Made by a program: the position numbers and the translations under genes. A stretch of 64,000 bases of DNA from Candidatus Poribacteria bacterium (GTDB lineage Bacteria > Poribacteria > WGA-4E > WGA-3G). Location of the stretch: NCBI GenBank assembly GCA_963665235.2, contig CAXXLX010000001.1, positions 4,000,001 through 4,064,000 on the forward strand, read 5' to 3'. The notes under the pieces were generated by a model, which was given only the letters and a program-made list of their open reading frames with translations, did not search any database and had not been told where the DNA came from. Below are positions 18,325-28,843 of this stretch, piece after piece; within the stretch, counting starts at the first letter, position 1, and every line of letters starts with the position of its first letter.

Positions 18325-21300
18325 TCAATCCACATCAAGTTCCGGTGCTGGGCCATAGAGTGCATTCGTGACCAAGACAAGGTCAGCAAGGTCCACAATT
18401 CCATCGCCATTGATATCCGCGCTATTCTCTTTTCCTGTCTGTCCGAGCTGCGACGCAACGAACTCAAGGTCCGCAGCGTCCACTTGCCAATCCCTATTTG
18501 CATCTTCAGGAATACGGGGAGGTTCAACAATCCATGCATGACCAACGAGCGGACGTGAATCCGCACCGGTGTTGTCTGTAAGAGCGGCATCGGTTAACGT
18601 CAAGATTACATCCGCGCGTTTTATAATCTCAAAAGTGGCGGTAGCAATTGTACCATCGTTTATAATAGCATCGGGGGCTGCACTTCCCGCAAGTGTTACA
18701 GCATTTTCTGCAACGACCGGCGGTATAATTTTTACATCTGCTATCTCTATATTGTCCTCAACATCAGGGATATACCGGAGTGCTTCAGCATTGTACAGGA
18801 CTCTGAATTTATAGCCGGTGACGTTTTGTCCATCAGCCATGTTGACACTAAAGGTCAATTGTTTACCGGTAGGGGGTGCTTCCACGGAGAGAGGAGTGAT
18901 GTTTAGGCGCGGAATAGGTGCGGGTTTCATCTGCCACAAAAGCGCGGTACCGTCTTTACTTCTACTTATAAGTGTTGTGCCGTCCGCTGAATATGTGAGG
19001 GTTACCACAGCCCCTGTGTGTCCTTTCAGGGCACCTTGATGTTTTCCAGCTCCAACATCCCAAACGTGAATGATAAAGTCATTAACCGAACTACTTAACG
19101 TCGTGCCATCGGGTGAAAATGTAAGTGCAGCAGAATCTTCGGCATAATAGCCGCGGTCTTCTACTGAATGGAGCGTAGTTTTGTGTTTTCCGGTATCTAT
19201 ATCCCACAATTGAATGTCTCTGCTACCATCTGTACTTGCAAGGGTTTTTCCATCGGGTGAAAACGCAACAGAAAGGATAGGAAGCCGCCGTTTTTCTTCG
19301 GGGTTAATTAAATTTGCGAAAGTTGTGTGATGGTTGCCAGTTTTTGCGTCCCAAAGTCGGATTGCCTTTTCACCTTCAGACAGTATTTCAGCGGTAGCAA
19401 TAGTTGTCCCATCCGGCGAAAACGTTATAGCGTCTATGGACTCGGCATGTCCTTTAAGTGTCAATTTGCGTTGACCTGTGTCCATATTCCACAGATGGAT
19501 TAGATTGCTAGACCTTGTAGCGACTGCAAATGTCCGGCCATCTGGAGAAAATGCAGCGGCAACAGCCTGATGCGGGTCTTCTTTGAAAATGAATTTCTGT
19601 TTATAGGTATTGGTATCCCATAAGTAGACATGCTCCGAGGATTTCCCTACAAGAGTCGCGCTGTTTGGCGAGAAGGCAATCGCCCTGGCGACAAAACCGC
19701 CGTTCATATCTCGAATTATATCACTGAATTGTGGTGAAATTAAATGCCACAAGTGCCTGTGTTCATCATGATTGCCCAAAACCAACGTTTTTCCTTCATC
19801 CGATACGACTATAGGGTTAACAGGATGGCCATATCCGGTGACAGTAGTGCGAACTTTTGTCCTTTCTATGTCCCACAAGCGGATTATTCCTTCCCGCTCC
19901 GCACTTACAAGTGTCCTTTTATCTGGTGAAAGCACAGTAAACTGGACCCGTTCCGTATGCCCATCAAGGACTGCAAGTTTTTCGTTTGTCCGAAAATTCT
20001 GGAGGTGAAGTGTCCGGTGCCATTTTTTACTAACGGTGATCAGTTCGCCTTGAGCAGAAAAATCTATGGATGAGAAGATAAAAGAGTTATCCTTTTCCGA
20101 AAAAGTTTTTAGCAATTCTCCAGTCCGTATGTCCCACAACAAGATTGAGTTATTCGGGAGGTTACGTTGCGAACCTATTGCGGCGAGCTGGGTTCCATCA
20201 AGACTGAATACAACTTTGTGTTGAAAAGAATCAGCAAATTCCTCTTCATGCAGCAAAGTTTTTCGCTGTCCACTGTTGGCATCCCATAACTCAATTTTGT
20301 TTTTCCGGGTTATAGTGGCAAGTATTGTACCATCGGGTGAAAACGCCGCATCGGTAACAGTCTCGCTATTTCCCGGCTTGATGGTTGCAAAGAGCTGCCC
20401 AGTATGAACATTCCATAACTGCCTCCCGTTGAAAAGTGTTGTCCCACCCGGTGAAAACGCGAGGGTAGCACTGCCTGCCTTAAAAGTTTTTAGGTGTTGA
20501 TAGTTACGTGAATCCCATAAACGAATCGTTCCATCGTAACCACTACTTGCAAGTAGCTCCCCTTTAGCAGAAAAGGCGATGGCAGAAACAGGTTTTGTGT
20601 GTTCTGTAATTAGCGCGAGTTCCGCTCCAGTATCTGCATCATACATCCAAATCCCGATTGAGGTTGCCACTGCGAATTGTGTATTATCTGGTGAAAACTT
20701 AATATCATAGATTGTGCCTTTACCCAGACGTGCTTTTGCACCTTCAGGTAACGCAAATTGTGTGTAATCTGTAGGAAGGTTTTGTGTGTGAAAGGGATTA
20801 AGCACAGCGGCGTGTGTAGCATTAGGGCGTGCAAAGCTACCATCACTTTTTTCAATTTGCACTTTCGGGAGATGGACAGTTGAAGCCTCCGCCTTTATAA
20901 CCTCAAATGTAACACTTGCAAGCGTGCCATCGCCACTCTTAGATTCGCTGGGCGGACATGTCCCCACAAGATTGACACGATTTGGAGCACGCATCCACTG
21001 GGGCCCTAGCGAGGCATCAAACGTGGCACTCCTCGGAAGATAACCCCCATTCCCACTTGAAACATAGCGAAGTGTGGCAGCATCAAATTCCAACGTAAGG
21101 TCATAAACCCTAACGTTTTCACCCCCAGCTATATCAACATTGAGCGTTAATTGCTCGCCAATCTCAGGAGACTCTACGGAAGGCGGCGTAATATTAACGG
21201 CTGCTTTTGTCCCAACAAAATGTTTTATGTTCCATAAGAGAACGGTTCCATCTCTACTCCTGCTCGCTAAAGTTGTTTTAGGTCTGGAGAAAACCTCGTT

Positions 21301-23124
21301 CTCCGCTTGTTCGCTTCCAGACGGTTGCTCAGGTGATAGAAATACTAACGACTCAATAGGCCCCGTATGTCCAATAAGCGTCTCCTTGAGGTCTCCGGTC
21401 TGTACATTCCACAAACGGATTTTAGCGTCGTAACCGCCACTAGCGAGGACTGTGCCATCCGGTGAGAATGCTAACGAATGGAACGCATGTTTACTTTCAA
21501 AAGTGCGAAGAGTCGGTGAAATTTGTGTGCCTGTTTCTATATTCCACAACCGCACCTCGCGCCACCTGCTGCTAGCGAGGACTTCTCCATCTGGTGAGAA
21601 CACTAATAGGTCTCCCCCCTCCTGATTTGTAAGAACTGATTTGTGTTGTCCAGTAGCAGTATCCCACACCTCAATTGCTCCCGTACTGTCTCCGGTTACT
21701 AAGAGACTACTATCCGGTGAGAATACCATAGCAGTGAAAATTTCTTCAGGTTTTGTAAGGGTTGCTTTCCGTTTGCTTGTGCTTGTGTTCCATAGCTGAA
21801 TATTGTTAGACCCTGTTCTTAGAGCGAGGGTTTTGCCATCTGGGGAGAGCACTCTTGAATAAAAACCTTCTACGGGGTGGGTAAATGCTATTTCGCGTTT
21901 TTCAGTGTGTATATTACAAAGCAATAGGGCAAAGTTTTCCATACTGCTCTTTACACAAGTAACAGTCGTGCCATCCGGTGAAAATAGTAAGGGCTCGATG
22001 TATTCTGGATGCACTGTAAAGATAGGCTTGGGGTGTCCAGTACTAATATCCCACAGGAGCAGGTCCCCATGCACCCCAGTTACAATTTTTTTGCCATCGG
22101 GTGAGGGTAGCATAGAAGAGATTTTTTGTATATGTGTGAGGATACCTTTGTCCTGTCCTGTTTTCGCGTCCCACAATTGAATTTTACCATCGGTACTGAC
22201 ACTTGTCAGTGTTTTGCCATCCGGTGTGTATTCTATCTCGATAAATGTGCTAGGTTTTGTAATAGTCAGCTTATGCTGTCCTGTTTTCGCGTCCCACAAC
22301 CTAATCATGTCCCAACAAGCCGTAGCGAGTGTTGTGCCATCGGGTGAATATACCACTGAATGGACACTCTTTGTATGTCCAGTAAGGACAGCTTTCAGCA
22401 GGCCTGTTTTCATGTCCCACACCTGTACTGTCCGGTTCCACATCCCACCGAAGGCAAGTGTCGTTCCATCCGGTGAATACGCTACGGAGTTAAGATTTCC
22501 TTCCTGCCTTATAGAAATGATTTTACGTTGTTCCGTTTCTATATTCCACAACGTAAGTGCTAATGTCTGTGAGGGAAGTTCAGTTACGAGCGTCGTGCTA
22601 TCCGGAGAGAAGGTGTAGGCACGTGCTCCCGTGGGACGTTCTTTAAAGAAATTTTTCCGTTCAAAGGTCCGTGTATCCCATAACGTGTCGCTGGTAGCCA
22701 ATAATTTCCCATCTGGAGAAAATAGGGCAGAACGCCAAAATCCCATGAGGGTGGTTATGTGTTTGCGAGTCTGTACATCCCAGACCCGAACTTTTCCATC
22801 CCAACAGACAGCGGCGAGCATTTTCCCATCCGGAGAAAACGATACGGTAGGGTCATGAGGTGTATTGCCAGAAAAATCTTCAAAATCTTCATCGGTATGT
22901 CCTGTAAGTAGGGCAAGTTCTTCACCCGTGTGTGCGTCGGACAGCCATGTTCCAATCTCACTGCCAACTGCAAGCAACTTACCGTCTGGAGAATACGCAA
23001 TATCGTTTATCTCTCCTTTACCGATACGTGCTATGGCATTTTCAGGCAGTTCCCAAGCAACACCTTCTGAAAATGGGACGACAATCAACAAAAACAGAAC
23101 AATAAACTTACTCCTATATTTCAC
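18325..23124 (-). CDS. Secreted WD40-repeat protein with two cohesin-like domains and a C-terminal dockerin-like domain
   Basis: Signal peptide; many FSPDG..LAS..D..LW repeats; FDAATLRYVS..GDGTLA; DANRDWQVD / DINGDGIVD. Confidence 0.9.
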   Translation of the reverse strand: MKYRSKFIVLFLLIVVPFSEGVAWELPENAIARIGKGEINDIAYSPDGKLLAVGSEIGTWLSDAHTGEELALLTGHTDEDFEDFSGNTPHDPTVSFSPDGKMLAAVCWDGKVRVWDVQTRKHITTLMGFWRSALFSPDGKLLATSDTLWDTRTFERKNFFKERPTGARAYTFSPDSTTLVTELPSQTLALTLWNIETEQRKIISIRQEGNLNSVAYSPDGTTLAFGGMWNRTVQVWDMKTGLLKAVLTGHTKSVHSVVYSPDGTTLATACWDMIRLWDAKTGQHKLTITKPSTFIEIEYTPDGKTLTSVSTDGKIQLWDAKTGQDKGILTHIQKISSMLPSPDGKKIVTGVHGDLLLWDISTGHPKPIFTVHPEYIEPLLFSPDGTTVTCVKSSMENFALLLCNIHTEKREIAFTHPVEGFYSRVLSPDGKTLALRTGSNNIQLWNTSTSKRKATLTKPEEIFTAMVFSPDSSLLVTGDSTGAIEVWDTATGQHKSVLTNQEGGDLLVFSPDGEVLASSRWREVRLWNIETGTQISPTLRTFESKHAFHSLAFSPDGTVLASGGYDAKIRLWNVQTGDLKETLIGHTGPIESLVFLSPEQPSGSEQAENEVFSRPKTTLASRSRDGTVLLWNIKHFVGTKAAVNITPPSVESPEIGEQLTLNVDIAGGENVRVYDLTLEFDAATLRYVSSGNGGYLPRSATFDASLGPQWMRAPNRVNLVGTCPPSESKSGDGTLASVTFEVIKAEASTVHLPKVQIEKSDGSFARPNATHAAVLNPFHTQNLPTDYTQFALPEGAKARLGKGTIYDIKFSPDNTQFAVATSIGIWMYDADTGAELALITEHTKPVSAIAFSAKGELLASSGYDGTIRLWDSRNYQHLKTFKAGSATLAFSPGGTTLFNGRQLWNVHTGQLFATIKPGNSETVTDAAFSPDGTILATITRKNKIELWDANSGQRKTLLHEEEFADSFQHKVVFSLDGTQLAAIGSQRNLPNNSILLWDIRTGELLKTFSEKDNSFIFSSIDFSAQGELITVSKKWHRTLHLQNFRTNEKLAVLDGHTERVQFTVLSPDKRTLVSAEREGIIRLWDIERTKVRTTVTGYGHPVNPIVVSDEGKTLVLGNHDEHRHLWHLISPQFSDIIRDMNGGFVARAIAFSPNSATLVGKSSEHVYLWDTNTYKQKFIFKEDPHQAVAAAFSPDGRTFAVATRSSNLIHLWNMDTGQRKLTLKGHAESIDAITFSPDGTTIATAEILSEGEKAIRLWDAKTGNHHTTFANLINPEEKRRLPILSVAFSPDGKTLASTDGSRDIQLWDIDTGKHKTTLHSVEDRGYYAEDSAALTFSPDGTTLSSSVNDFIIHVWDVGAGKHQGALKGHTGAVVTLTYSADGTTLISRSKDGTALLWQMKPAPIPRLNITPLSVEAPPTGKQLTFSVNMADGQNVTGYKFRVLYNAEALRYIPDVEDNIEIADVKIIPPVVAENAVTLAGSAAPDAIINDGTIATATFEIIKRADVILTLTDAALTDNTGADSRPLVGHAWIVEPPRIPEDANRDWQVDAADLEFVASQLGQTGKENSADINGDGIVDLADLVLVTNALYGPAPELDVD

Positions 23125-25727
23125 TTTTCCGCCACCTCCCCGTTTTTAACGATAGGCCTGGAACGTTTTCCCGTTTTGTCAGAGAGAATCAGATGCGATA
23201 TGCTCACGGGTGAAAATGTATCAGCAACAACCTCAAATGTTACAAACGCAAGCGTGCCATCACCTTTCCCCATACCTATTAAGGCGGTAGCCGCAAGTGT
23301 CACCCGATTTTTCTGAATAATCGGTTTGATGAAAAACGCCTTGCCGGGCAGATAGTCTCCGTTGGCACTAGAGACATATCGGAGGGCAGCTTCATCGAAT
23401 TGGAACGTTAGTTGATACCCGGCAACGTTCGCAGCCCCCGTAATTTCAATCCCGAAGGTTAACTGGTCGCCAATTGCTGGAGATACCGGGGACGTGGGGG
23501 TAATTTTCGCGACTATGTTTGTGTCAAACGTCTCTATCGGTTTCCATAAAACGATTGTCCCATCGTAGCTGGCACTAGCAAATGTACCATCTTTCGGTGA
23601 AAACGCCATTGAAGTTACAGATGAGCTATGCCCATCAAGCCTTGTTTTACGTTGGCGAAGGTGCACATCCCATAATTCAATTCCTACGGAACTCCCGGCA
23701 AGAATTTCGCTGTCTGGAGAAAATGCAAGAAAACTAGCGTGTTCATAAGGAAGCGTAGAAAGATTTTTACCAGTGTTTGTGTCCCACAACTGAATCGTTT
23801 CGCCGCTGCTAACAAGCACTTTTCCATCTGGTGAGAATGTCAATGATAGATTATTATCGAGATGTCCTGAGAGGGTATTCTTGTGTTGTCCTGTTCGTGC
23901 ATCCCACAATTGAATCTCCCACTCTCCCCCAGTAGCGAGTATTTTCCCATCCGGCGAAAACGCTAAAGAGGTGGTGCTCCAAGGATGTCCCTCAAGCTCA
24001 AACCGCTGTTTTCCGGTGAAAACGTTCCACACCCGAATTTCTTTCTTACTTGCACTTGCAAATGTCTCCCCATCCCCTGCAAACACAACGTTATTGACAG
24101 CATTTGTGTGTCCTACGAGCAGTTTTAGTGCTCCGCCGGACCGTACATCCCATAAAATCGCTGTTTTATCCGCACTTCCACTAACAAGCATTGTGCTATC
24201 CGGAGAAAACGCTAACGCGTGAACTGTTGCCGTATGTCCATTAAGCGTCGCAAGTTGTTTGCCTGTGTGGGCCTCCGAAAGTTGTAATGTTCTGTCGCCA
24301 CTTGCACTTGCAAGTGTTGTTCCATCTGGCGATAGTGCAACGGCAGAAACTGCGGTTCTATGTCCATTAAGCGTCGCGCGATATTTACCGGTATCAGCAT
24401 CAAACACCCAAATTTTATCCGTTCCATCTCCACAGACCAGCGTCTCGCCATCTGCGGAAAACATGACAAAAGGATGTCCAGAACGATGTACCTGTATACC
24501 CGGGTATTCAATTTTTACCCTCAGCTTCCGGGTGTGCGCATCCGATAACCGGATGTCAGCGTGACTCTGACTTACGAAAGTCTCGCCATCCGGAGAGAAC
24601 GCCAACCGAGCGGACGGTAACAATGTCCTTCCAGCTACTTGGGGGGTGTCATCTTGGCGGGCTGCATGGAATTGCTGACTGTCTAGGTCCCACCATCGAA
24701 TTGTAGTGTTTTGCCAATCTTCAGTGGTAACAATTTTTGAACCATCAGGAGAAAACACAACTGAAAAAATGTTACCGAGTTGAGCATCCAGTGCTGTTTT
24801 CTGTTTTCCAGTGTGTGTATCCCATAACCGAATCGTGGAATTTCTTTCACCTTGACTAGTGACAAATGTTAAACCATCCGGTGAGAATGCTACCGTTCCA
24901 TAATTGTTATTTGCAATGGACGTTATCTGTTTACCGGTATGGGTATCCCACAAGCGGACAGTTGCGTCGCGCCCCCAACTTGCAAGCCGCTTACTATCCG
25001 GTGAGAAGACCACCGAAATGACAGAATGTGCATGTCCATTGAGAGTAGCCCTGGGTTCTCCGGTAGCAGCATCCCACAAACGGGCTGTGCCATCCGTACT
25101 TGCACTCGCTAATGTTGTGCCATCGGGTGAAAACGCTAAGCCTGTAATCCACCCGGTATGTCCTATAAGCACCAGCTTCTGTTTTTTATCGGCAACGTCC
25201 CAGAGTCGAATAACGCTGTCCATTTCAGCAGGTGCCTCGATTTCCCTGACCCGTTTAAATTCCTGTATCTTACTGCTTCTACCTGCGCCGCTAGCAAGCG
25301 TTGTTCCATCCGGTGAAAATGCCAAAGCTTTCGTATCCCCCGCATGGCCGGTCAGTGTTGCAAGGTGTTCAAAGGTCTGGGCATCCCACAACCGAACTGT
25401 CCGGTCGTAGCTCCCGCTAGCAAGCGTCGTGCCATCGGGTGAAAACGCAACCGAAGTAACAGCGTCCGTATGGCCGGTAAGTAGAGCAAGTTCAGCACCG
25501 GTATCTGCATCATGTATCCAAATTCCGATAATAGCACAAGCAACGGCGAGTCGAGTTCCATCCGGTGAAAAGGCAAAATCAACCGCGCGGCCTCTACCGA
25601 TACGCATTATCGCGCCTTCAGGCAGAGCACGTGGAGGCGGACTAGGACCACTCGCGACAGCCGTCGATGATAACAACGTGCTTGCAATCAGCAACAGAAA
25701 TATGATAGAGGATAGACGACTTTTCAC
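23121..25727 (-). CDS. Secreted WD40-repeat protein with C-terminal cohesin-like domain
   Basis: GTG start after AAGGAGG; GH..V..AFSPDG repeats; FDEAALRYVS..GDGTLA; GTGA overlap with the next gene. Confidence 0.9.
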   Translation of the reverse strand: MKSRLSSIIFLLLIASTLLSSTAVASGPSPPPRALPEGAIMRIGRGRAVDFAFSPDGTRLAVACAIIGIWIHDADTGAELALLTGHTDAVTSVAFSPDGTTLASGSYDRTVRLWDAQTFEHLATLTGHAGDTKALAFSPDGTTLASGAGRSSKIQEFKRVREIEAPAEMDSVIRLWDVADKKQKLVLIGHTGWITGLAFSPDGTTLASASTDGTARLWDAATGEPRATLNGHAHSVISVVFSPDSKRLASWGRDATVRLWDTHTGKQITSIANNNYGTVAFSPDGLTFVTSQGERNSTIRLWDTHTGKQKTALDAQLGNIFSVVFSPDGSKIVTTEDWQNTTIRWWDLDSQQFHAARQDDTPQVAGRTLLPSARLAFSPDGETFVSQSHADIRLSDAHTRKLRVKIEYPGIQVHRSGHPFVMFSADGETLVCGDGTDKIWVFDADTGKYRATLNGHRTAVSAVALSPDGTTLASASGDRTLQLSEAHTGKQLATLNGHTATVHALAFSPDSTMLVSGSADKTAILWDVRSGGALKLLVGHTNAVNNVVFAGDGETFASASKKEIRVWNVFTGKQRFELEGHPWSTTSLAFSPDGKILATGGEWEIQLWDARTGQHKNTLSGHLDNNLSLTFSPDGKVLVSSGETIQLWDTNTGKNLSTLPYEHASFLAFSPDSEILAGSSVGIELWDVHLRQRKTRLDGHSSSVTSMAFSPKDGTFASASYDGTIVLWKPIETFDTNIVAKITPTSPVSPAIGDQLTFGIEITGAANVAGYQLTFQFDEAALRYVSSANGDYLPGKAFFIKPIIQKNRVTLAATALIGMGKGDGTLAFVTFEVVADTFSPVSISHLILSDKTGKRSRPIVKNGEVAEK

Positions 25728-26540
25728 AATAGGTAACCTCCTTTTCAACCAATGCGTTTTCAAATGCCGTATAGAAAAGAATTTAGCACAAATTCGCGCC
25801 AGCTGTCAAGATTTTTTTGAAGAATTCCCCCGGGTGTGTAAAATTTTCGCACACTAGTTTGTAGTAGGGCGATTCATCGCCTGTCGTGCTAATTCCGCGT
25901 TTTCCGTGTTCTCCGCGTAATCCGCGATTTGCGGCGTATTCGCCCAAATGCGACGTGCATTCAGATTTTGGAAGATTAGCAAATGGAGAATAGCAATTAG
26001 GAGAGGGGAACCTATGGAAAATAGTGGAGGGGTAAAAGTGCCTGAAATCAAGACGATGGCAAACTAAACGCTGTACGATTATGAAACGTGTGGACTACAA
26101 ATGTCGGAAGTGTGGGAAATGCGCGACACAAGTGAATCACGAAACCTGCAAATGCCTCGGCAGAGAACGCCTCAGCAATCTGATCGCCACTTGTCCAGTT
26201 ACGGTTATATATCTCCCCATATAATTGTTTCAACTATCTGGGAGACTGCATCTACCGTATCATTAGGCATCTCACACAGAAACACCGCTCTTCTCTCTCG
26301 CCAATCTAGACTCTTTACCTGATCTGTCCGGATAACACCTTCTACTTCTAGATTTGTTGGGATTTCAACCTCAAACCCCCTCCTCTATTTGTACGGGTGA
26401 TTGGGCACATAACTGCCACGTTTTTCGCATTGTTAAAATCCCAAGAAGAGAGCACAAGGGCCGGTCGCCAATCCCGAATCTCTTTGCCTGCTTGCGGGCT
26501 GAAGTCAATATCTATTACATCCCCTCGCACTGGGATGTAA

Positions 26541-26776
26541 TACCATTTCTAATTGAAAATGTCTCTTTCTTGTAGCATAAACTTCCAGTTTGTGCGTTCT
26601 TGTAGCATAAACTTCCAGTTTGTGCGTTCTTGTAGCATAAACTTCCAGTTTGTGCGTTCTTGTAGCATAAACTTCCAGTTTGTGCGTTCTTGTAGCATAA
26701 ACTTCCAGTTTGTGTCTTCCGTTCTCCGTTTCATTTCTAACAACCGGTAATGATAGAATAATTAATAAAAATGGTA
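26541..26776. mobile_element. MITE family B (reverse orientation) with 5 tandem 30-bp REP units
   Basis: TACCATTT...AAATGGTA; TAA on both flanks; TGTAGCATAAACTTCCAGTTTGTGCGTTCT x5. Confidence 0.92.
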
Positions 26777-26779
26777 TAA

Positions 26780-27045
26780 TACCAAATTAACACAATTCGT
26801 CTTGTTCCACTCTGCCGCTCCAGCGGAGCGTATGTGAAGACGATGAATCAAATGAATTTGGTATTAGTCCCAGTATTCGGGCAAGCAGCCCGCTCTTTAA
26901 GGACGATATATTTATAGAAAACAACGCAACCCAGACAGACTAAACCCCAGTATTCGGGCAAACAGCCCGCTCCTTAAGGGTGATATGTTTATAGAATGTT
27001 GACTTATGGCCGTATGTGAAGACGATGAATCAAATAAATTTGGTA
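26780..27045. mobile_element. MITE family C (84 bp, 26780-26863) extended by REP cargo and a second right end
   Basis: TACCAAATT / AATTTGGTA; second right end at about 27010-27045 followed by TAA; solo copy at 36327-36410. Confidence 0.82.
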
Positions 27046-27070
27046 TAAGTTGGGTCGTACGGAGTTACTG

Positions 27071-27418
27071 CTACCATACTTCATGCCCTACTGCCGGTCC
27101 GGTGTTTATTTCACCTGAGGCTGCATGCTTGGGTTCCTGTGCTAACAGGTCCGCGAGTTTCAGGCGCGGGAGATTGGCAGGACGTCCCGTTTTTTCAGGA
27201 CGATGTGGCTTGAGAGAGGTTTTAACAGTCTCACTATGTCCGGTTGTGCTGTGTTCCTGTGCTAACAGGTCCGCGAGTTTCAGGCGCGGGAGATTGGCAG
27301 GACGTCCCGTTTTTTCAGGACGATGTGGCCTGAGAACGGTATCGGCAGTTTCATTCCTGATTTTCACGTTAGAATCCTCCTCGTGTTTCTCAATGACGTT
27401 ACCGATGAAGTGCATCAC
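27071..27418 (-). CDS. MazE-like antitoxin with an internally duplicated C-terminal segment
   Basis: Ends LADLLAQ..EINTGPAVGHEVW; ATGGTAG overlap with mazF start; 76-bp duplication at 120-bp offset. Confidence 0.65.
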   Translation of the reverse strand: MMHFIGNVIEKHEEDSNVKIRNETADTVLRPHRPEKTGRPANLPRLKLADLLAQEHSTTGHSETVKTSLKPHRPEKTGRPANLPRLKLADLLAQEPKHAASGEINTGPAVGHEVW

Positions 27419-27644
27419 GGGAATCAGCGGATGATTTTTATCGGGGGTTGTCGTTAATATAGTTTGTCCCTTTAAGCTTCAGCTATTCTGTTTCAAGTGT
27501 GTCAGGGACCTACGAATATAAAAAATTAGTACGTCGGCAATTTTTTTATAAAAATGCTGAATTTTTACGGAATTCGGTTAATTTTTTTAGATTTTAGCAT
27601 TTTCCACCCTTCCACCCTTCCACCCAGATTTTTTTTGAATCTGC

Positions 27645-27673
27645 TTGACACAGTTCATCAAATATAGTACACT
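27645..27673 (+). promoter_or_regulatory. sigma70 promoter
   Basis: TTGACA-17 nt-TACACT. Confidence 0.7.
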
Positions 27674-27711
27674 GTATCCATGCTCACAGAATACAAAGCG
27701 AGGATAAGACC

Positions 27712-28488
27712 ATGATTGATTTACAACTGCAAGAATATCTTTTTGACGTACAAGGCTATCTCGTCATTGAAAATGTCCTGACTTCAGAAGAGCTAGCAGC
27801 CCTCAATCGACACATCGACGAGCAGGAGCTACCAACACCGGGAAAGGTTCAAAGATTTGGAAGCGCGCCGGACGGTTCCGGTTTCCTACAGTGGGGAAAG
27901 ACCTTTTGTGACCTGCTAGACCACCCGAAAATTATGCCGATACTTCAATTTCGGTTGGGGGACTGTTTTCGACTTGACCGAATTTACGGTATGTATATGC
28001 GCGAAGGAATGCCGAGAGGCGGACTGCACGCCGACTACGGGGCTTCGTCACCTATGTCAAAAGCGAAGCCGGGGGAGTATTACTCTTTTCGAGATAATGA
28101 AATTCACAACGGATTCGTGGTTGTGACATGGAATTTAGCTGACACCGGCCCCGGATTAGGCGGGTTTTGCTGTATTCCGGGCAGCCATAAAAGCAATTTT
28201 AGGTTACCAAGGCAGATAGGGGAGGCACCCGAAAAGGCGGAATGTGTCGTTATTCCGAACGCCCCTGCGGGTTCAGCGATTCTCTTTACCGAAGCATTGA
28301 CGCACGGTACCGCAGCGTGGCACGGAAAGCATGAACGGCGGTCCCTATTATATAAGTATTGTGTTTCCCAGATTGCGTGGACATCCCGCCGTGTCGCTAT
28401 GCCGGAGGATATAGAGCTAACAGCGCGGCAGGAGATTCTGTTCCGTCCACCTGCCGACCCACATCGTCATTTTCCATCGATGTTTTAA
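27712..28488 (+). CDS. Phytanoyl-CoA dioxygenase (PhyH) family Fe(II)/2OG oxygenase
   Basis: GYLVIENVL, HAD, IPGSHK, HG...RRS. Confidence 0.9.
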   Translation: MIDLQLQEYLFDVQGYLVIENVLTSEELAALNRHIDEQELPTPGKVQRFGSAPDGSGFLQWGKTFCDLLDHPKIMPILQFRLGDCFRLDRIYGMYMREGMPRGGLHADYGASSPMSKAKPGEYYSFRDNEIHNGFVVVTWNLADTGPGLGGFCCIPGSHKSNFRLPRQIGEAPEKAECVVIPNAPAGSAILFTEALTHGTAAWHGKHERRSLLYKYCVSQIAWTSRRVAMPEDIELTARQEILFRPPADPHRHFPSMF

Positions 28489-28843
28489 CGAATTACTAAA
28501 CTTTGGACAATTTTAGGGGGGAACCCAACGTTCTTGTCAAACGGATAGGTGGAAGGGTGGAAGAATGGAAGGGTGGAAGGGAGAAGAGGGGGTTGACGCG
28601 CGGCAGAGATAGGCTTAGCATCACAACCTTCTTGCTAACTGCCAACGGCCAACGGTTTCCAACATTCTATAAACATGCCGCCCCGCTGGGGAAACCGCCC
28701 TTTGGAAACCCCATCGAAGGAAACCATTTTTCTCTTTTCTCCTCCTTGTGTGAGGGACTTAGAGAAAAATCAGAGATGCTTTGAAAGCGGGGATCCGGCT
28801 CACGGATATTGTCCAAACTATAGTAACGAATTAATGTGTGACG

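Larger units (their letters stand above)
26205..27077 (-). pseudogene. mazF: MazF/PemK endoribonuclease toxin split by a MITE stack and frameshifted
   Basis: Rejoined: MVAVTPYDPTYIPVRGDVIDIDFSPQAGKEIRDWRPALVLS..CPIT..(frameshift near 26378)..FEVEIP..VIRTDQVKSLDWRER. Confidence 0.88.

Noticed and set aside
26549-26750. Repeat-peptide ORFs (TNWKFMLQER)n and their antisense
   Set aside because: Artefacts of the 30-bp tandem repeat inside MITE B.
27134-27329. Diversity-generating retroelement TR/VR pair
   Set aside because: The copies are identical rather than A-mutated, and no reverse transcriptase is in the window.
27598-27626. TTCCACCC octamer repeats (mirrored at 28548-28580) as element ends around the PhyH gene
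   Set aside because: Short, low-complexity, similar tracts occur elsewhere (about 1600-1630), and no TSD is evident.
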